Below are positions 60,986-64,000 of a stretch of 64,000 bases of DNA, in pieces (position 1 is the first letter of the stretch; each line of letters begins with the position of its first letter). Below the pieces are notes generated by a model, which was given only the letters and a program-made list of their open reading frames with translations, was not told the DNA's origin and did not search any database. Origin of the DNA: Eledone cirrhosa (lineage: Eukaryota); contig OZ024741.1 of the NCBI GenBank assembly GCA_964016885.1, positions 309,566,001-309,630,000 on the forward strand, in the 5' to 3' direction. The position numbers and the translations under genes are program-made.

Positions 60986-63900
60986 AACGAATGCAATAGG
61001 CATTTCAATAAGAAATTAGAATGGATGAATAAGAAAAAACTACAAGAAAGGAAAGTAGAATATTCTCAAAAATACCCAGATAACATCAACAATATCCGTA
61101 TGACTGATGTAAAACTACCGGAAGAATTTACCAATGACCACACAGTAAATATTTATGGGAACACTTTAATCAGTGAACAAGAACAACAAATCCTGCAGCT
61201 ACCACCAAAATTTGCCATCTACAAAAAGATTAACCCTATGGAGTGCAAAACGGAGCTGGAAAAGTGTTTCACAAAAATACGTTGGAATGCAAAGGTAAAC
61301 AACAACAACAACAATAATAACGGTAGTAGTCATCTGAACAATAACTCTGAGTATAGAAATAACAGCCATAACCATAACAATGGCAGGAAAGTGAGAAATA
61401 GTAATAATGGTAATAATACTAACGATAGACAGAACAACAACAACCACAATAATAATAGTAATAGAAACATTAACCACAGACACAGCAACAGCGACCACAG
61501 TAGTAATAACGGTAACAATACGAACAACAACAACAACAACCACAGTGGTAATAATGGAAATAGTACATGTAGCAACATCAATGATAGACACAACAAAAAC
61601 AAGAAACATAGTAAAAGTAACAACCACAATGGTAGAAATAACAGTAACAACAACAATAACGGTGAAGTAAACAACAATACATCTAGCAATCATAACAATA
61701 ATAATAATGCTAATGATAGAAACAACAACAACCACCATAATAACAATAATAGTAACGCACACAACTATGACGATAGATATAATGACAACCCCTTAGAGAA
61801 ACTATTTTTCAACCCAGCCGACAAAACATATAAGATGGGTAATATCTATCCTACGAGGTTACCCTTTAATAAAAGAGTTTGCATACCACAACAAATAGAT
61901 GACGAGACAGAGGCACAGTTCACCATAGCTAGAAATAAGATTAGACAAATAGTAGACGGGTATACTAAGAGACAGAGCAGACCAGAAGCCCAACAACTTG
62001 GGAGGAAACCTGTAGAAGGCTTGGTTAGCCTCAAGCAGCGCACAAGGGATGGTGAGGTAGTATGTCTACCCACGGATAAGTCTGGTAGGATGTCAATAGA
62101 TAGCATGCTGAACTACATCAAGGCTATGCAACCCCACATCACCAACACGAGCGAAATTGCACAACAAACACACGATGGGAGAGAGAAAATCCTCAACGCT
62201 CACATGATGATGTGGACTGACATCCTAAAGCCAAGCAGACGCACTGCCAACAACTTCCAGGCGTCTAACAATGGCATACCACCCTTGTATGGGTTCCGCA
62301 AAGACCACAAGACAGTCGACGACCCGACAACAGGACCACCAACAAGACCCATATGCGGAGCTAATATAGCTAGTAACTACAGGATCTCCTACTTCCTCTC
62401 AATGGTTATACGCCCCATAATCAAGATGTCCCCAGATGTATGTGACAGTACAGAGGACCTCCTCAGCAGAATCAGTGAGTGCAACAAAAACAGGGACCTA
62501 TCCAACTGCATAATAGGCAGCATGGATGTGGTGTCACTGTACCCATCTATTAACATTGATTTTGCTGTGAAAAGATGTGTGGAGATGATCATTGAGAGTG
62601 AGGTGGAGTTCTGCGACGTCGACACAGACGAACTGGGCCTCCTACTTAGACTTACCTACGACACTGACTACCTAGACAGCCATGACCTTAGACGTTTCTG
62701 CCCTAGTAGACCTATAAGAGGTAGACCCCCCACCATAACCTCAATGGCAAAAAAGACTCCCATGGGAAGGTGGATTGGGTGGACCAAAGCTATACGGACC
62801 CCCCAAAACAATGATCAGGTAAGAAAAATGGTCGCACATGCAATAGGGGCTAGTATCAAAACTACCCTAAAGGGCCACATATTTAAGTTCAACGAGAAAA
62901 TCTACACCCAAAATGAGGGAGCAGCCATTGGCGTCAGCATAGCTGGTGATGTTGCCAACCTTTTCATGGTATGGTGGGAAAGGAGACTTAAAGATCTCTT
63001 TAATGAGAGCTCCATAGACCTCATCATGTACTCTCGTTATGTAGACGACATCAATATAGTTATAAGAACATCCCTACTAGAGAGCACTAACAAGTTTGAT
63101 TTAGAACGTAGCACGATGGAAAGCATCCAGCAGATAGCTAATTCCATACACCAGAGTATAACTGTAACTATCGACTTCCCTTCCAAACACCCTAACAATA
63201 GACTACCTGTATTAGACACAGAACTCTGGATTAACACTATAGACGAGAGAGCCCAAATTCTCCACTCACACTATGCTAAACCCATGGCCTCCAAATACCT
63301 GATACTCAAAAACTCAGCAATGTCCAGTAGTGCTAAGTTTAATATTCTGATCGCAGATTTGGTACGAGTGATGAATAATGTGTCCCGCATGTGCGACCCA
63401 ACAGAAATGGAAAGACACATCCAACACTTCATCAACCGCATGCAGTTCTCTGGCTACAACCAAAGAGACAGAGTCAGAGTATACGAAGGAGCCATGGAGA
63501 AGTATAAGACCCTCATAGAACTGGACATGAAAGGAATTTGCCCATTATACAGGAGCAAATCATGGAATAGCTTAGATAGGGCTAGACATAAGATAGGGAA
63601 AGCCACCTCATGGTACGACAACCAGAGATACCAGAGTGTCATGTTTGTGGACGCTACCCCTGGAGGGAAATTAGCTAACCAGTGTAGAAAGGCCCTGAGA
63701 AAGACCCACTTAAAAATTAAGGTGGTAGAAAAGCCAGGAACCACCATAAAATCCCTGATCAGTAAAACCTACCCTTTTAAGAAAACCCACTGTACCAATA
63801 GGAAATGTATCATATGTAAGGTAAACCCCCGGATAAACTGTAAAACTAGAAACGTAGTCTATAGCATAAGATGTACAGAGGGTACTTGCAGAAACATGAC

Positions 63901-64000
63901 AACAACATACATAGGTGAGACAGCTCGTAGCATAGGTGAAAGGATAGACCAACACTGGGAGGAACTAAAAGGACGAAAAAACAGGTCAGTACTATACGCA
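60986..64000 (+). CDS. Intact Penelope-like element ORF (RT + Zn linker + GIY-YIG), ~1005 codons, runs off the window
   Basis: One frame with no stop from 60986 (first element ATG 61025) to 64000: LPPKFA, PTDKSG, PPLYGFRKDHK, RPICGA, SMDVVSLYPSI, GAAIG, RYVDD (63035), LPVLDTELW, KPMAS, CTNRKCIICKVNPRINC, NVVY..C..TYIGETARS..ERIDQH. Probably absent from the ORF track because it has no stop. Confidence 0.93.

Noticed and set aside
61199-61762. Hydrophobic V/I/L-rich minus-strand ORFs
   Set aside because: Antisense shadows of the Asn-rich tract in the PLE ORF.

Overview
AT-rich, microsatellite-dense eukaryotic DNA, not prokaryotic. The SINE/RTE repertoire suggests an octopus or other coleoid cephalopod (inference). 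The only host gene I can support is ERMARD (C6orf70), with eight phase-compatible coding exons on the + strand from 42975 to 59822, continuing beyond the window. The rest is mostly mobile or tandem DNA: two near-complete RTE LINEs (APE-RT with a PHD-type finger inside the RT region), an older RTE, CR1 and HERO fragments, tRNA-headed SINEs, mariner/maT/hAT/piggyBac remnants and three Penelope-like elements (PLEs). One PLE has an uninterrupted ~1000-codon ORF running off the right edge, which the ORF track does not list. An ~11 kb, 864-bp satellite is followed by hexamer/pentamer arrays, a foldback and repeated acidic exon-like modules. Most unusual observations: (1) 28-bp terminal inverted repeats at 9-36 and 39940-39967 flanked by an exact 8-bp direct repeat (CAATTATT), the signature of a ~40 kb composite DNA transposon; (2) an ERMARD exon in the loop of a tail-to-tail inverted RTE pair; (3) hammerhead-like motifs linking a 370-bp tandem repeat to the intact PLE. 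All comparisons were made by eye; no searches were run.
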